From the NCBI GenBank assembly GCA_937928575.1, contig CALFWW010000001.1, positions 2,281 to 66,280 on the forward strand: a stretch of DNA of 64,000 nucleotides. The letters run 5' to 3'. The stretch's first letter is position 1; each line of letters begins with the position of its first letter. Source of the DNA: an uncultured Saprospiraceae bacterium. Lineage in GTDB: Bacteria; Bacteroidota; Bacteroidia; Chitinophagales; Saprospiraceae. The translations under genes and the position numbers were made by a program. Below are positions 18,082 through 26,297 of this stretch, piece by piece. Under the pieces are notes generated by a model that saw nothing but the letters and a program-made list of their open reading frames with translations, was not told the origin of the DNA and did no database searches.

Positions 18082-18135
18082 TTCCAAACAGACAAGATAT
18101 CTGTTCAACACTTCAAGATTGTCTGTTCAACATTT
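18082..18135. repeat. Locus-specific palindrome-containing repeat, copy d (tandem with copy c, upstream of the acyltransferase gene)
   Basis: Sequence ttccaaacagacaagatatctgttcaacacttcaagattgtctgttcaacattt. Its core is aacagac-aagat-atctgtt. Confidence 0.6.
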
Positions 18136-18168
18136 AATTAGTAATTTGAGGCATAACACAGAGACCAT

Positions 18169-19536
18169 ATGCTTTACAAGCCATTGAAATTTATTTTCAG
18201 TACTGCTTTACACCTATTCTTCAAAGAATACAAAGTCATTAATAAAACGGAGATTCCGACCACGGGTCCGTTGATTTTGGTGTCCAATCATCCTAGTTCC
18301 TTTATGGATCCGATTATCTTGGCGAGCCTTGTCCAACAAGAAGTACACTTCATTGCAAAAGGTACTTTGTTTAATTCTGTGGCTAAAGATTGGATCATGC
18401 GCAATATCATGAAAGCCATTCCTATTTATAGAAAAGTGGATAATCCTGGTAAAAAATTGGACAATGATGGCGTCTTTGAACAATGTTTTAAATTCCTGGA
18501 AGAAAAAGGAACCCTAATTATTTTTCCTGAAGGTACCAGTATTATTGATCGAAAGTTGCAAGATATTAAAACAGGAACTGCTCGTATCGCATTAGGTGCG
18601 GAGGCTAGAAACGATTTTGAATTAGGTGTGAAGATTTTGTCAGTAGGAATCAATTACAGTGATGCACCGAGTTTCCAATCTGATGTTTGGATTAATGTCG
18701 AGGAATTGATTCACGTGAAAGATTATCGGATGCAATATCATGAAGATGATAGAAATGCAGTTCGGGAATTGACGGATAAAATTCAGAGTAATCTTGAAAA
18801 AAATCTAATCATCACGGAAGATGAGCAAGAGGATCAATTTATCAAAAATGTAGAAGCAATCTACAAAAACGAATTGATGTCTGAATTGAAATTGGATCCG
18901 CAATTACATTCTTTCAATTTGACCAAAGGAATAGAAGAAGCGATTGATCATTTTGAGGAGTTGGATAAAACTTGGTTGGAAAATTTGAAACAAAAAGTAG
19001 CAGATTATACCCGTCGACTAGAAAATTATGAATTGAAAGATGAATTTTTAGCAAGAAAAAAAGATAATAAAAAAAACAATGTGTTTACAGATACGATATT
19101 TAGAATATTATATATCATTATGGGATTCCCATTTTATGTTTATGGATTGATCACCAATTACATTCCTTATTTTTTACCGAGCAAAATTGCGACTTCACTG
19201 ACTGATTTTGTTGAATACGATGGACCAGTTAAAATGACGGCAGGTATATTTACGTTTGCGACTTATTATGCATTCATCATTTATTTATTTGAAAAATTCA
19301 TTTCGCAGGGAAACTGGTGGTGGACCAATTTATTTACGATTAGTTTACCCATTGCAGGATTTTTCGCCTTACATTATGTCCAGCGATTCAGAAATTTCAA
19401 AACACATTCTAAATTATTATCCTTGTTTTACAAAGAACCAGATATAGTCGGAGAACTAATGTTGGAAAGAAAGACGATTATAAAAGAATTTGATTGGGCA
19501 AAGGAAGAATGGCTGAAATTGTCAGAGGGTGTTTAA
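18169..19536 (+). CDS. Lysophospholipid/glycerol-phosphate acyltransferase (PlsC family) with C-terminal membrane extension
   Basis: 455 aa with an acyltransferase block NHPSSFMD, FPEGT, and about 3 hydrophobic helices near the C-terminus. Confidence 0.75.
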   Translation: MLYKPLKFIFSTALHLFFKEYKVINKTEIPTTGPLILVSNHPSSFMDPIILASLVQQEVHFIAKGTLFNSVAKDWIMRNIMKAIPIYRKVDNPGKKLDNDGVFEQCFKFLEEKGTLIIFPEGTSIIDRKLQDIKTGTARIALGAEARNDFELGVKILSVGINYSDAPSFQSDVWINVEELIHVKDYRMQYHEDDRNAVRELTDKIQSNLEKNLIITEDEQEDQFIKNVEAIYKNELMSELKLDPQLHSFNLTKGIEEAIDHFEELDKTWLENLKQKVADYTRRLENYELKDEFLARKKDNKKNNVFTDTIFRILYIIMGFPFYVYGLITNYIPYFLPSKIATSLTDFVEYDGPVKMTAGIFTFATYYAFIIYLFEKFISQGNWWWTNLFTISLPIAGFFALHYVQRFRNFKTHSKLLSLFYKEPDIVGELMLERKTIIKEFDWAKEEWLKLSEGV

Positions 19537-19554
19537 GGTTGGAGTCGGCTATAC

Positions 19555-20023
19555 CTCGGAGGGGCGATATAATGGAAATAAGGATTTTCGACAGTTAAAA
19601 TTTAGAGTAAATCAATTTTTATCAGAACACTATTAAATTAACCTCTTTTCATTCTGAGTGAAATCCCGAGAGAAAACTCGGGATGGAATCGAAGAATCAA
19701 GAGATGCTAGGATTTTAAATTTCGACCGTGTATTGACTTAAGTGAGTGAGCTGCGGAGAAATCTTAGTACTCTGAACATAGATTTTAGTGTAAAATTGAT
19801 TCGACGAGTAAATAGATTTCTCCACTAGCTCAATATCAATTACTCAAGGCACGGTCGAAATAGTAAAATCCAAGTACGCTTGATTCTTCGACTCCATGCC
19901 AATTGAAAATTGTTTAATCTAGACGAGTACGACGCCTATGCTCAGAATGACAAGCGTTTATTGCAAAATTTAGAATAATTTATAACAATATGAAGCCTAT
20001 TTCCATGACATTGCTCGGAGGGG
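19555..20023. repeat. Composite imperfect palindrome (about 300 bp) flanked by a 10-bp direct repeat; MITE-like or structured-RNA candidate
   Basis: The direct repeat ctcggagggg occurs at 19555-19564 and 20014-20023. Nested inverted pairs:
- tcattctgag (19649-19658) with ctcagaatga (19941-19950)
- ggaatcgaagaatcaag (19685-19701) with cttgattcttcgactcc (19879-19895)
- aatttcgaccgtg with cacggtcgaaat
- ggagaaatct with agatttctcc. Confidence 0.6.
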
Positions 20024-20049
20024 TGGGCGTGCTGAACAAGCAACCCATC

Positions 20050-20772
20050 TCATCTACTCTCAATATTCCCTCTCAACGCAAATATCGTCAAATACCCAAT
20101 ACACATAAAAGTACTCATGACAACGGCAATCCCAAGTGTTTCTGCAAACTCAAATGGATTTAACAAAGTATAGCCGACTTGCATAAACATGGCAAATGGA
20201 TCGGTGATAATATCCCAACTATTCCATCGCTGAAATCTTCCCATATAAATTCCCAATCCAGCCAATTGAATGAAAAGAAAGACCAAAAAATTAGCTTTGA
20301 ATTTGGAAAGATGGGTTCTCAAAAAATCATGAATTTCAAGAAGAGATAAAAAGCCTAATAATATTCCTGTCCAAGCAAAGGAAACAAACATCATGATTTC
20401 AAACCAATAAGGGATTATCGCGCGTCTTTTCAAATGTAGTAGGTCGGTAATTAGATAGTGTGCATTCGGAAAAAATAACAACCAGATTACAATAAATGGT
20501 AGCGCCAATAACCAGGATTTGGAATACTTAAAAAGTTTTGGAATGGCCATCGCAACACAATACGGAATCCATGCTAAAAATAAATTCCAAACCAAAAAGA
20601 TAAAAGTAGGTTCACCACTTTTCCACCATAAATCGCGATTGGTAGCCACTTCAATATATTCAAAGTCGATTAAATGAAGTCTGATATTTAAAAGCACCAA
20701 ACAAAACAAGGAACTGATACCCATCAATACAAATAGCTGAAATTTTTTGGTTGAATTCAATAAGTAGTTCAT
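20050..20772 (-). CDS. Polytopic integral membrane protein (possibly DUF1361-like)
   Basis: 240 aa with about 6-7 hydrophobic helices. It is the last gene of the wHTH / Coq4-like / di-iron operon. Confidence 0.55.
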   Translation of the reverse strand: MNYLLNSTKKFQLFVLMGISSLFCLVLLNIRLHLIDFEYIEVATNRDLWWKSGEPTFIFLVWNLFLAWIPYCVAMAIPKLFKYSKSWLLALPFIVIWLLFFPNAHYLITDLLHLKRRAIIPYWFEIMMFVSFAWTGILLGFLSLLEIHDFLRTHLSKFKANFLVFLFIQLAGLGIYMGRFQRWNSWDIITDPFAMFMQVGYTLLNPFEFAETLGIAVVMSTFMCIGYLTIFALRGNIESR

Positions 20773-20781
20773 GAATTTGGA

Positions 20782-21576
20782 TTATAAAGTTGAGTAGTAA
20801 TTATGTTTTTTTGAAAACAATCTCCCAATCGTTTTCTTAAATTTCAATTTCATTTTCTTGCGGTAACTGGATAACGTATTTCCTCCTGCTTTAAAAACTT
20901 TTCGATGTGCATACCAAACCGTCATGATGGTGATATGAAAAAACAAAGTGTAAAAGAAGTAAGTCAAGTTCTTCATAAACGCGCTTTTGCGATTAAAAAG
21001 TATTTGTAATCTTTCATGTTGAAAAGTGATATGACTCGCTTCATCAATTAAAATATCGGTACAAATTTCTTTGAGCAATGGACAATGCGTTGCATCCTTC
21101 AGTGATTGATAAAAAATCTGAGCAGCGCTTTCCACAACAATCACAGACATCGTCCACAATTCCATACTCGTATTAAAATAACGTACTTTTCGAAAAAGGG
21201 AATCACCCCAATCTTTTTTTATTCTGGGTTGACCGATCATGTCCAGGTAAGTACCCAAATTATTGCCATGCTTTTGTTCCTCTTTAATGAATACTTTCAC
21301 CGCATCGACGTAATGAGGATCCTGAATTTTATCTGCATAAAGTTGACTGGCATGTAACAAATTTTTCCCTTCAGAAGTTTCACCCAACTGCCAAGCTTGT
21401 AAAGAATGCAAGACGGTATCCTGTTCTTGAAGCGTAATTTGTGGTACTTGCAACCAATTGACTCTTTGCTTTTTGATATTCTCTTTAAAATGCTGATACC
21501 AATAAGCACTTGAATGTAATTCGTTTGTTGAGTTAAAACTAAAAGTTGTCTTTTCTTGAAAAATGCGATTGGCCAT
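20782..21576 (-). CDS. Ferritin-like di-iron carboxylate protein (putative oxygenase/hydroxylase)
   Basis: 264 aa with the E...ExxH...E...ExxH pattern: GETSEG, KEEQKHG, VVESAAQ, IDEASHI. It has a hydrophobic C-terminal segment. Confidence 0.65.
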   Translation of the reverse strand: MANRIFQEKTTFSFNSTNELHSSAYWYQHFKENIKKQRVNWLQVPQITLQEQDTVLHSLQAWQLGETSEGKNLLHASQLYADKIQDPHYVDAVKVFIKEEQKHGNNLGTYLDMIGQPRIKKDWGDSLFRKVRYFNTSMELWTMSVIVVESAAQIFYQSLKDATHCPLLKEICTDILIDEASHITFQHERLQILFNRKSAFMKNLTYFFYTLFFHITIMTVWYAHRKVFKAGGNTLSSYRKKMKLKFKKTIGRLFSKKHNYYSTL

Positions 21577-21591
21577 AATGAGTATATTGTG

Positions 21592-22098
21592 TTAAAAAAT
21601 AATCGGTCCTTGAGGACAAGCTTGTTTGTGAATTTGTCTTTGCAATACTTCAACAGGTTCGCCCAGTAAGTATTGAAAATCCCAATTTGAGATATTGTGG
21701 CACTTCTTTCCTTTTTTGAATGCTTCGATATATTCCTTGTAAAATTCTGGAATCAAAATACATCCAGCGATTGCTGCAACAAATGCATAAACGGAACGCT
21801 TTTGATTCCCGATCAGAAAGAATTGCATTTTCACTTCATCTTCAACGGTAGTTTTAAAACCCATCAAAACATGCATCACATCATGATCTTCCATTTTTGG
21901 GATGAGGTCATATTGGTGCTTGGTTAAAAATTCTCCTAGTTTCAATCCCAAACTTCCAACAGGCATTCGTAGTAAATCAAGGCGACTATAAACCCAACCC
22001 CTCGTGTGTCTTTTAAAAATTGCAGCATACACTGGTTTTGTCCAATCCACAAAAGAGATCAGGAGTCGAGCGCGTATTTTATAGATTATTGTCTTCAT
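21592..22098 (-). CDS. Coq4-like family protein
   Basis: 168 aa. HDVMH-x9-E-x-E (HDVMHVLMGFKTTVEDE) fits the Coq4 HDxxH-x(10-13)-E zinc-ligand motif. Confidence 0.55.
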   Translation of the reverse strand: MKTIIYKIRARLLISFVDWTKPVYAAIFKRHTRGWVYSRLDLLRMPVGSLGLKLGEFLTKHQYDLIPKMEDHDVMHVLMGFKTTVEDEVKMQFFLIGNQKRSVYAFVAAIAGCILIPEFYKEYIEAFKKGKKCHNISNWDFQYLLGEPVEVLQRQIHKQACPQGPIIF

Positions 22099-22142
22099 AT
22101 TTAAAAGTACTTTGAATTACAAAGTGATTAGAGCAAAAAAAT

Positions 22143-22442
22143 TTATTTACGTTTCTGCAGTAATTTTTCAAGCGCATCTAAATGTTCTTCAAATGCTTTA
22201 CGTCCAGCAACGGTACAAGCGTAAGTGGTCATCGGTTTTCTTCCTACAAATTGCTTTTTCAATTTAATGTATTTTTTCTCTTCCAAACCTTTGAGGTGAC
22301 TCGCCAAATTCCCATCTGTCAGTCCCAACAATTCTTTCAATCTTTTGAACTCCACCCAGTCATCAACGAGTAGGAGCGACATGATGCCCAACCGAGTTCG
22401 GTTGTCAAAAGTCTTGTTAAGATTTGTTATTATTTCTTTCAT
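22143..22442 (-). CDS. Small winged-helix transcriptional regulator
   Basis: 99 aa. The stretch LGIMSLL...FKRLKELLGLTDGNLASHLKGLEEKKYI..K is typical of ArsR/MarR-like wHTH proteins. Confidence 0.8.
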   Translation of the reverse strand: MKEIITNLNKTFDNRTRLGIMSLLLVDDWVEFKRLKELLGLTDGNLASHLKGLEEKKYIKLKKQFVGRKPMTTYACTVAGRKAFEEHLDALEKLLQKRK

Positions 22443-22470
22443 TTTCTTTTCCGTTCAAATGTAGTCGTTG

Positions 22471-22502
22471 TATCCCTGTCTGCCGCCAGGCAGGCAGGGA
22501 TA
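22471..22502. repeat. REP-like GC-rich hairpin (CCTGTCTGC family)
   Basis: tatccctgtctgcc-gcca-ggcaggcagggata has 14-nt arms with 1 mismatch. It is the same family as 1590-1618 and 49596-49625. Confidence 0.75.
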
Positions 22503-22599
22503 CGAACTCATGTATTCTTTCTATGTGCCACTATGTTTCTAATGTGATCTATGTGTTAAAAACACGTCCTCCGTAAATCAATCTCTGTGTTTAAAAAAC

Positions 22600-23334
22600 C
22601 TACCCCCGCTCATACTTAACCCACATCAACAGCCCATAAACAATATGCATTACCCCAAATCCAATCGCCCAAAAATCCAGTCCATATCCTGGAGCAAATA
22701 ATGCCATTAAACCAAGTATCACTTCCGTTATTCCCAAGTAATAAATATCACGCAAAGTATGTTTCGACCCATTGATTAATGCCAACCCATAAAAAACCAA
22801 TGTAGTGGGTGCAATTAAATAGACTAAGTTAAGTCGATGCAAAGCAACACAAAAAATCGCACCTGCCAATAAAGGAATCGCTAAACTTACTAACAATTTG
22901 ACAACAAGCTTATCCCAGATTTTCTGTCCTTTCTTTTTCGCTTTTCGAGTGGTGAAAAATATCCCACATGCTAATGCAGATACTAGTACCAAACCAAAAT
23001 CTAAAAGGAAAAAAGTACGATAATCCAAACCCCATTTTCCTGAATTCACCACTTCAACATAGAATATTTTGGCAGAATCAAAAGGGACTAAACCTGTGTA
23101 AATGTAGGCGAAAGCAGCTCCGATTAAGGCAATTATACCTGCAGCAACCCCTGATAAACCACTTAATGAGATGAATCTGGATGATCGCTCCATTAAAGTG
23201 CGGATTTCACCCAGGTTTTTAAGATGTTCTTCCTGTTTTTCAATCATTGTTGTCATAATAAAAGTACTTTGTAGTTCAAAGTTAGGGATAAAACGGGAAG
23301 TAAACAAGTTTATTGTGGTTAGAGTATTAGTCAT
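22600..23334 (-). CDS. Hypothetical polytopic membrane protein
   Basis: 244-aa ORF. The likely start at 23256 gives MTTMIEKQEEHLKNLGEIRTLMERSSRFISLSG. It has about 5 hydrophobic helices. Confidence 0.6.
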   Translation of the reverse strand: MTNTLTTINLFTSRFIPNFELQSTFIMTTMIEKQEEHLKNLGEIRTLMERSSRFISLSGLSGVAAGIIALIGAAFAYIYTGLVPFDSAKIFYVEVVNSGKWGLDYRTFFLLDFGLVLVSALACGIFFTTRKAKKKGQKIWDKLVVKLLVSLAIPLLAGAIFCVALHRLNLVYLIAPTTLVFYGLALINGSKHTLRDIYYLGITEVILGLMALFAPGYGLDFWAIGFGVMHIVYGLLMWVKYERG

Positions 23335-23358
23335 AACTAATAGCTAATCACAAACAAC

Positions 23359-23793
23359 CTAATTCATCATATTCATCCCAGCATAATAACTCAGATACCA
23401 CTCTCCATTTTCCTTAACAAAACGGCGTTCCATCCCAAAATTGGAGACTTTGTGTTTGATGTTTTCGATGATGAGTTCTTTATTTGCAACAATGTAATCG
23501 CGTTGATATTCATTGCCAATATTGTTGAAAGGTTTGTGCATGACCCATTGATCACGCGGCCATTCATAAGAACCATCTAACAATGCTTCATCCTTAACCA
23601 TTGCGGGAATACCATTGACAGGATTGGCGAGATGTTGTATTTGGTAAAGACTATCCGTGTGGAATCTTTCAAAAAATTTTCTGAAGTCTTTATTGGTTTC
23701 CTCCAATGAGACAGCCGTAAGACTATTACTAGTTTTTCGATCGCAAGCCCAAAAAGACAAAACGATTAGTGAAAATAGGACGAATTTTTTCAT
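23359..23793 (-). CDS. Hypothetical lipoprotein
   Basis: The start at 23793 gives MKKFVLFSLIVLSFWAC, a signal peptide plus a lipobox Cys. This start avoids overlap with the upstream PPTase gene. Confidence 0.6.
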   Translation of the reverse strand: MKKFVLFSLIVLSFWACDRKTSNSLTAVSLEETNKDFRKFFERFHTDSLYQIQHLANPVNGIPAMVKDEALLDGSYEWPRDQWVMHKPFNNIGNEYQRDYIVANKELIIENIKHKVSNFGMERRFVKENGEWYLSYYAGMNMMN

Positions 23794-23812
23794 AAATAAA
23801 TTTGATAAAAAA

Positions 23813-24472
23813 TTAAACCATGCGTTGATCGGGAATATCCTCAATCGCATAAACTAAAATGTAGTCTTTTATTTTTTCGTAATGGATGACGAATTTTTTA
23901 TTGAAATCATCTTTGACGACACTTCCAAAACCAAAAGCCATGTTCAAATCAAAATTAAATGGTTCGATCAAAATATGTTTTTTGAAATCTAATTCCTTTC
24001 TACCATATGCTTTGTAAAGACATTCCTTTGCTCCCCAATAAACGTGCAAATGTTCCAGTCGAGTATCTCGATTCAGACTTTCCATTTCTTCAGGTCGCAT
24101 AAATTTTTCGGCGATGCGCTCAATTTTCCCAACTAATTTTTGAATATCAATACCGACCAATCTTGGAGCTGCTATCGCAGCAACCACATCATGAGAATGA
24201 CTCATAGAAATATGGAAAAGAGAATTTTCCAAATGTGGTTTTCCATATTCATCTTTCAAGCAGGCACCTCTTTTTTTACGACCAGACATCTTGTGGAGCA
24301 ATTGTCGGACTGCTAAATATTCCACTCTTTTATGTCCTTTAATCTTGGAGAGTTGTTCGATTTCCTCTTCATGAAGGTCCATTCCGAATAAAAAATGATC
24401 CTCTTCTTCTTCTATTCTCCAAAGACCTAATTCGCCTTCTGGAGTTAAATATCTATGTTGAAATATAGGCAT
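23813..24472 (-). CDS. 4'-phosphopantetheinyl transferase (Sfp-type)
   Basis: 219 aa with VGIDIQK, FMRPEE and WGAKECLYKAYG (the W/F-x-x-KE-a-x-x-K motif). Confidence 0.85.
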   Translation of the reverse strand: MPIFQHRYLTPEGELGLWRIEEEEDHFLFGMDLHEEEIEQLSKIKGHKRVEYLAVRQLLHKMSGRKKRGACLKDEYGKPHLENSLFHISMSHSHDVVAAIAAPRLVGIDIQKLVGKIERIAEKFMRPEEMESLNRDTRLEHLHVYWGAKECLYKAYGRKELDFKKHILIEPFNFDLNMAFGFGSVVKDDFNKKFVIHYEKIKDYILVYAIEDIPDQRMV

Positions 24473-24573
24473 GTTCAGTTAAGCTTTTCAGTAAGTAAGT
24501 TTCAAATACAAAAATAAACTTCTAAAATGAAGGATTCTTGAAATAGCCTTTTATTTTTGTTGAAAACACGCAT

Positions 24574-25527
24574 TTGGCAACTCAATTTCAATTAAATAAG
24601 GTCGCTCATCTCAAAGGACATCGTGCTTCTGTATTTGCAGTGGCGATGGGCTTTGGTATACATCACGTAATTTCAGGCTCTGGAGATGGCTGGATTGTCA
24701 ACTGGGATTTAAGAACACCAGAAGAAGGAAAGTTGATTGCCAAGGTAGAGGGTCAAATTTTTTCTCTGTTAGCAATACAAGATAAGCATATGATTGTAGC
24801 AGGAACCTATGCTGGGAATGTTCATTTTATTGATTTGAATAACAAGGAAAATGTCAAAATATTTCCACATCATCCAAAAGGGGTTTTTGCTATTTGTCAA
24901 ATTGGAGAACATATTTTTACAGCCGGTGGAGATGGTATGCTAACAAAATGGGCACTAAACTCGGCCAAAGATGAAGTAGCCGGAGATTCCAATAATTATC
25001 AACCCATAGAGTCGATAAAATTATCACACAATAATTTGAGATCAATACATTATTCGACAGAAAGAAATGAAGTAGTGATTGGTGCTAGTGATACCAATAT
25101 CTATTTCGTGAATCCAGATACCATGAAGTTGACAGGAAGAATCTTAGAGGCGCATGAAAATTCAGTATTCGTTGCCAAATATCTGAACGACAATCGGATT
25201 CTCAGTGGTGGTCGTGACGCGCAACTAAAAGCATGGTCATTAGATACATCCGTCACTTGTAAGTCAACACAATCTGCACATTGGTTTACGATTAATGATA
25301 TTGCGATCCACCAACAAAAACGTATCTTCGTTACAGCAAGTCGGGATAAAACAATGAGAGTTTGGGACCTCGATGATTACACCCTTCTAAAAGTAATTGA
25401 CAAGGAAAAAAATGAAGGGCATGTCAATTCAGTTAATAAATTGTATTGGTCAAATTATAAAGACTATTTAATATCAGCAAGTGATGATCGGAGTTTGGCG
25501 ATTTGGGAAATGGGTATGGACTTTTAG
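24574..25527 (+). CDS. WD40 repeat protein
   Basis: 317 aa with repeated GH...(S/G)xDxxxxxW(D/E) units: SGSGDGWIVNWD, GGRDAQLKAWS, ASRDKTMRVWD, SASDDRSLAIWE. The start codon is TTG. Confidence 0.85.
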   Translation: MATQFQLNKVAHLKGHRASVFAVAMGFGIHHVISGSGDGWIVNWDLRTPEEGKLIAKVEGQIFSLLAIQDKHMIVAGTYAGNVHFIDLNNKENVKIFPHHPKGVFAICQIGEHIFTAGGDGMLTKWALNSAKDEVAGDSNNYQPIESIKLSHNNLRSIHYSTERNEVVIGASDTNIYFVNPDTMKLTGRILEAHENSVFVAKYLNDNRILSGGRDAQLKAWSLDTSVTCKSTQSAHWFTINDIAIHQQKRIFVTASRDKTMRVWDLDDYTLLKVIDKEKNEGHVNSVNKLYWSNYKDYLISASDDRSLAIWEMGMDF

Positions 25528-25530
25528 AAG

Positions 25531-25607
25531 TTTAGATTTTTAGACAAGAGGAAGTTCAAATAAAAACTTAGGTTTTAATTGAACTCATAGGTGTCTAAAA
25601 ATCTAAA
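25531..25607. repeat. Inverted repeat of the TCTAAA/GTCCAAA family
   Basis: tttagatttttagaca (25531-25546) pairs perfectly (16 bp) with tgtctaaaaatctaaa (25592-25607). Confidence 0.75.
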
Positions 25608-25699
25608 TCTCTAAAAGTCCATACCCCAAGAGCATAAAGAAATTACATAAGAACAACATTCGCCATCATCAAAGTGGCTAATAAAATAAAAAACAGACT

Positions 25700-26236
25700 A
25701 TGATATTTTCAGATAAAAAAATACTGGAAGCTATTTCAAAAAAAGAGATAGTGATAGAACCTTTCCGACCACAATGCTTGGGAACCAATTCTTATGATGT
25801 CCATCTTGGAAAACATTTGGCGATTTATACCGATGCAGTATTGGATGCTAAAAAACATAACAAGACCAAGGAAATTGAAATCAAAGAAGAAGGGTTTGTG
25901 ATTGAGCCAGGGATTCTATATCTCGGAGTGACTGAAGAGTATACGGAAACACATACAGCGGTCCCTTTTCTGGAAGGAAAATCCAGTGTGGGGAGATTGG
26001 GGATAGATATCCATGCAACTGCAGGCAAAGGGGATGTTGGATTTTGTAATGCATGGACATTAGAGATTTCTTGTGTTCACCCTGTTAGAATATATGCAGG
26101 AATGCCGATTGGGCAATTGATTTACTTTGCAGTTGAGGGCGAAATTGAGAACTATTACAACAAAAAGAAAAATGCTAAATATACCGATCGGAACACAAAA
26201 CCAGTTGAATCCATGATGTGGAAAAATAAGTTTTGA
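25700..26236 (+). CDS. dcd: dCTP deaminase
   Basis: 178 aa with a typical Dcd N-terminus (ILEAISKKEIVIEPF) and the GKSSVGRLGI motif. Confidence 0.9.
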   Translation: MIFSDKKILEAISKKEIVIEPFRPQCLGTNSYDVHLGKHLAIYTDAVLDAKKHNKTKEIEIKEEGFVIEPGILYLGVTEEYTETHTAVPFLEGKSSVGRLGIDIHATAGKGDVGFCNAWTLEISCVHPVRIYAGMPIGQLIYFAVEGEIENYYNKKKNAKYTDRNTKPVESMMWKNKF

Positions 26237-26297
26237 GGTGAATCCACCCATTTGAATGAAGGTCAACCAAACCTACCAAACCAACCAATCCAACAAA

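Noticed and set aside
16100-18135. The locus-specific repeats interpreted as integron attC sites or as a CRISPR array.
   Set aside because: The repeat ends show no RYYYAAC/GTTRRRY cores and the window has no intI gene. Only two copies are in tandem. There are no regular spacers and no cas genes.
25700-26236. dCTP deaminase next to a helicase-nuclease, considered as a possible nucleotide-depletion anti-phage module.
   Set aside because: The 178-aa protein has the size and motifs of the housekeeping Dcd and has no extra sensor or kinase domain. Adjacency alone is not evidence for a defence role.
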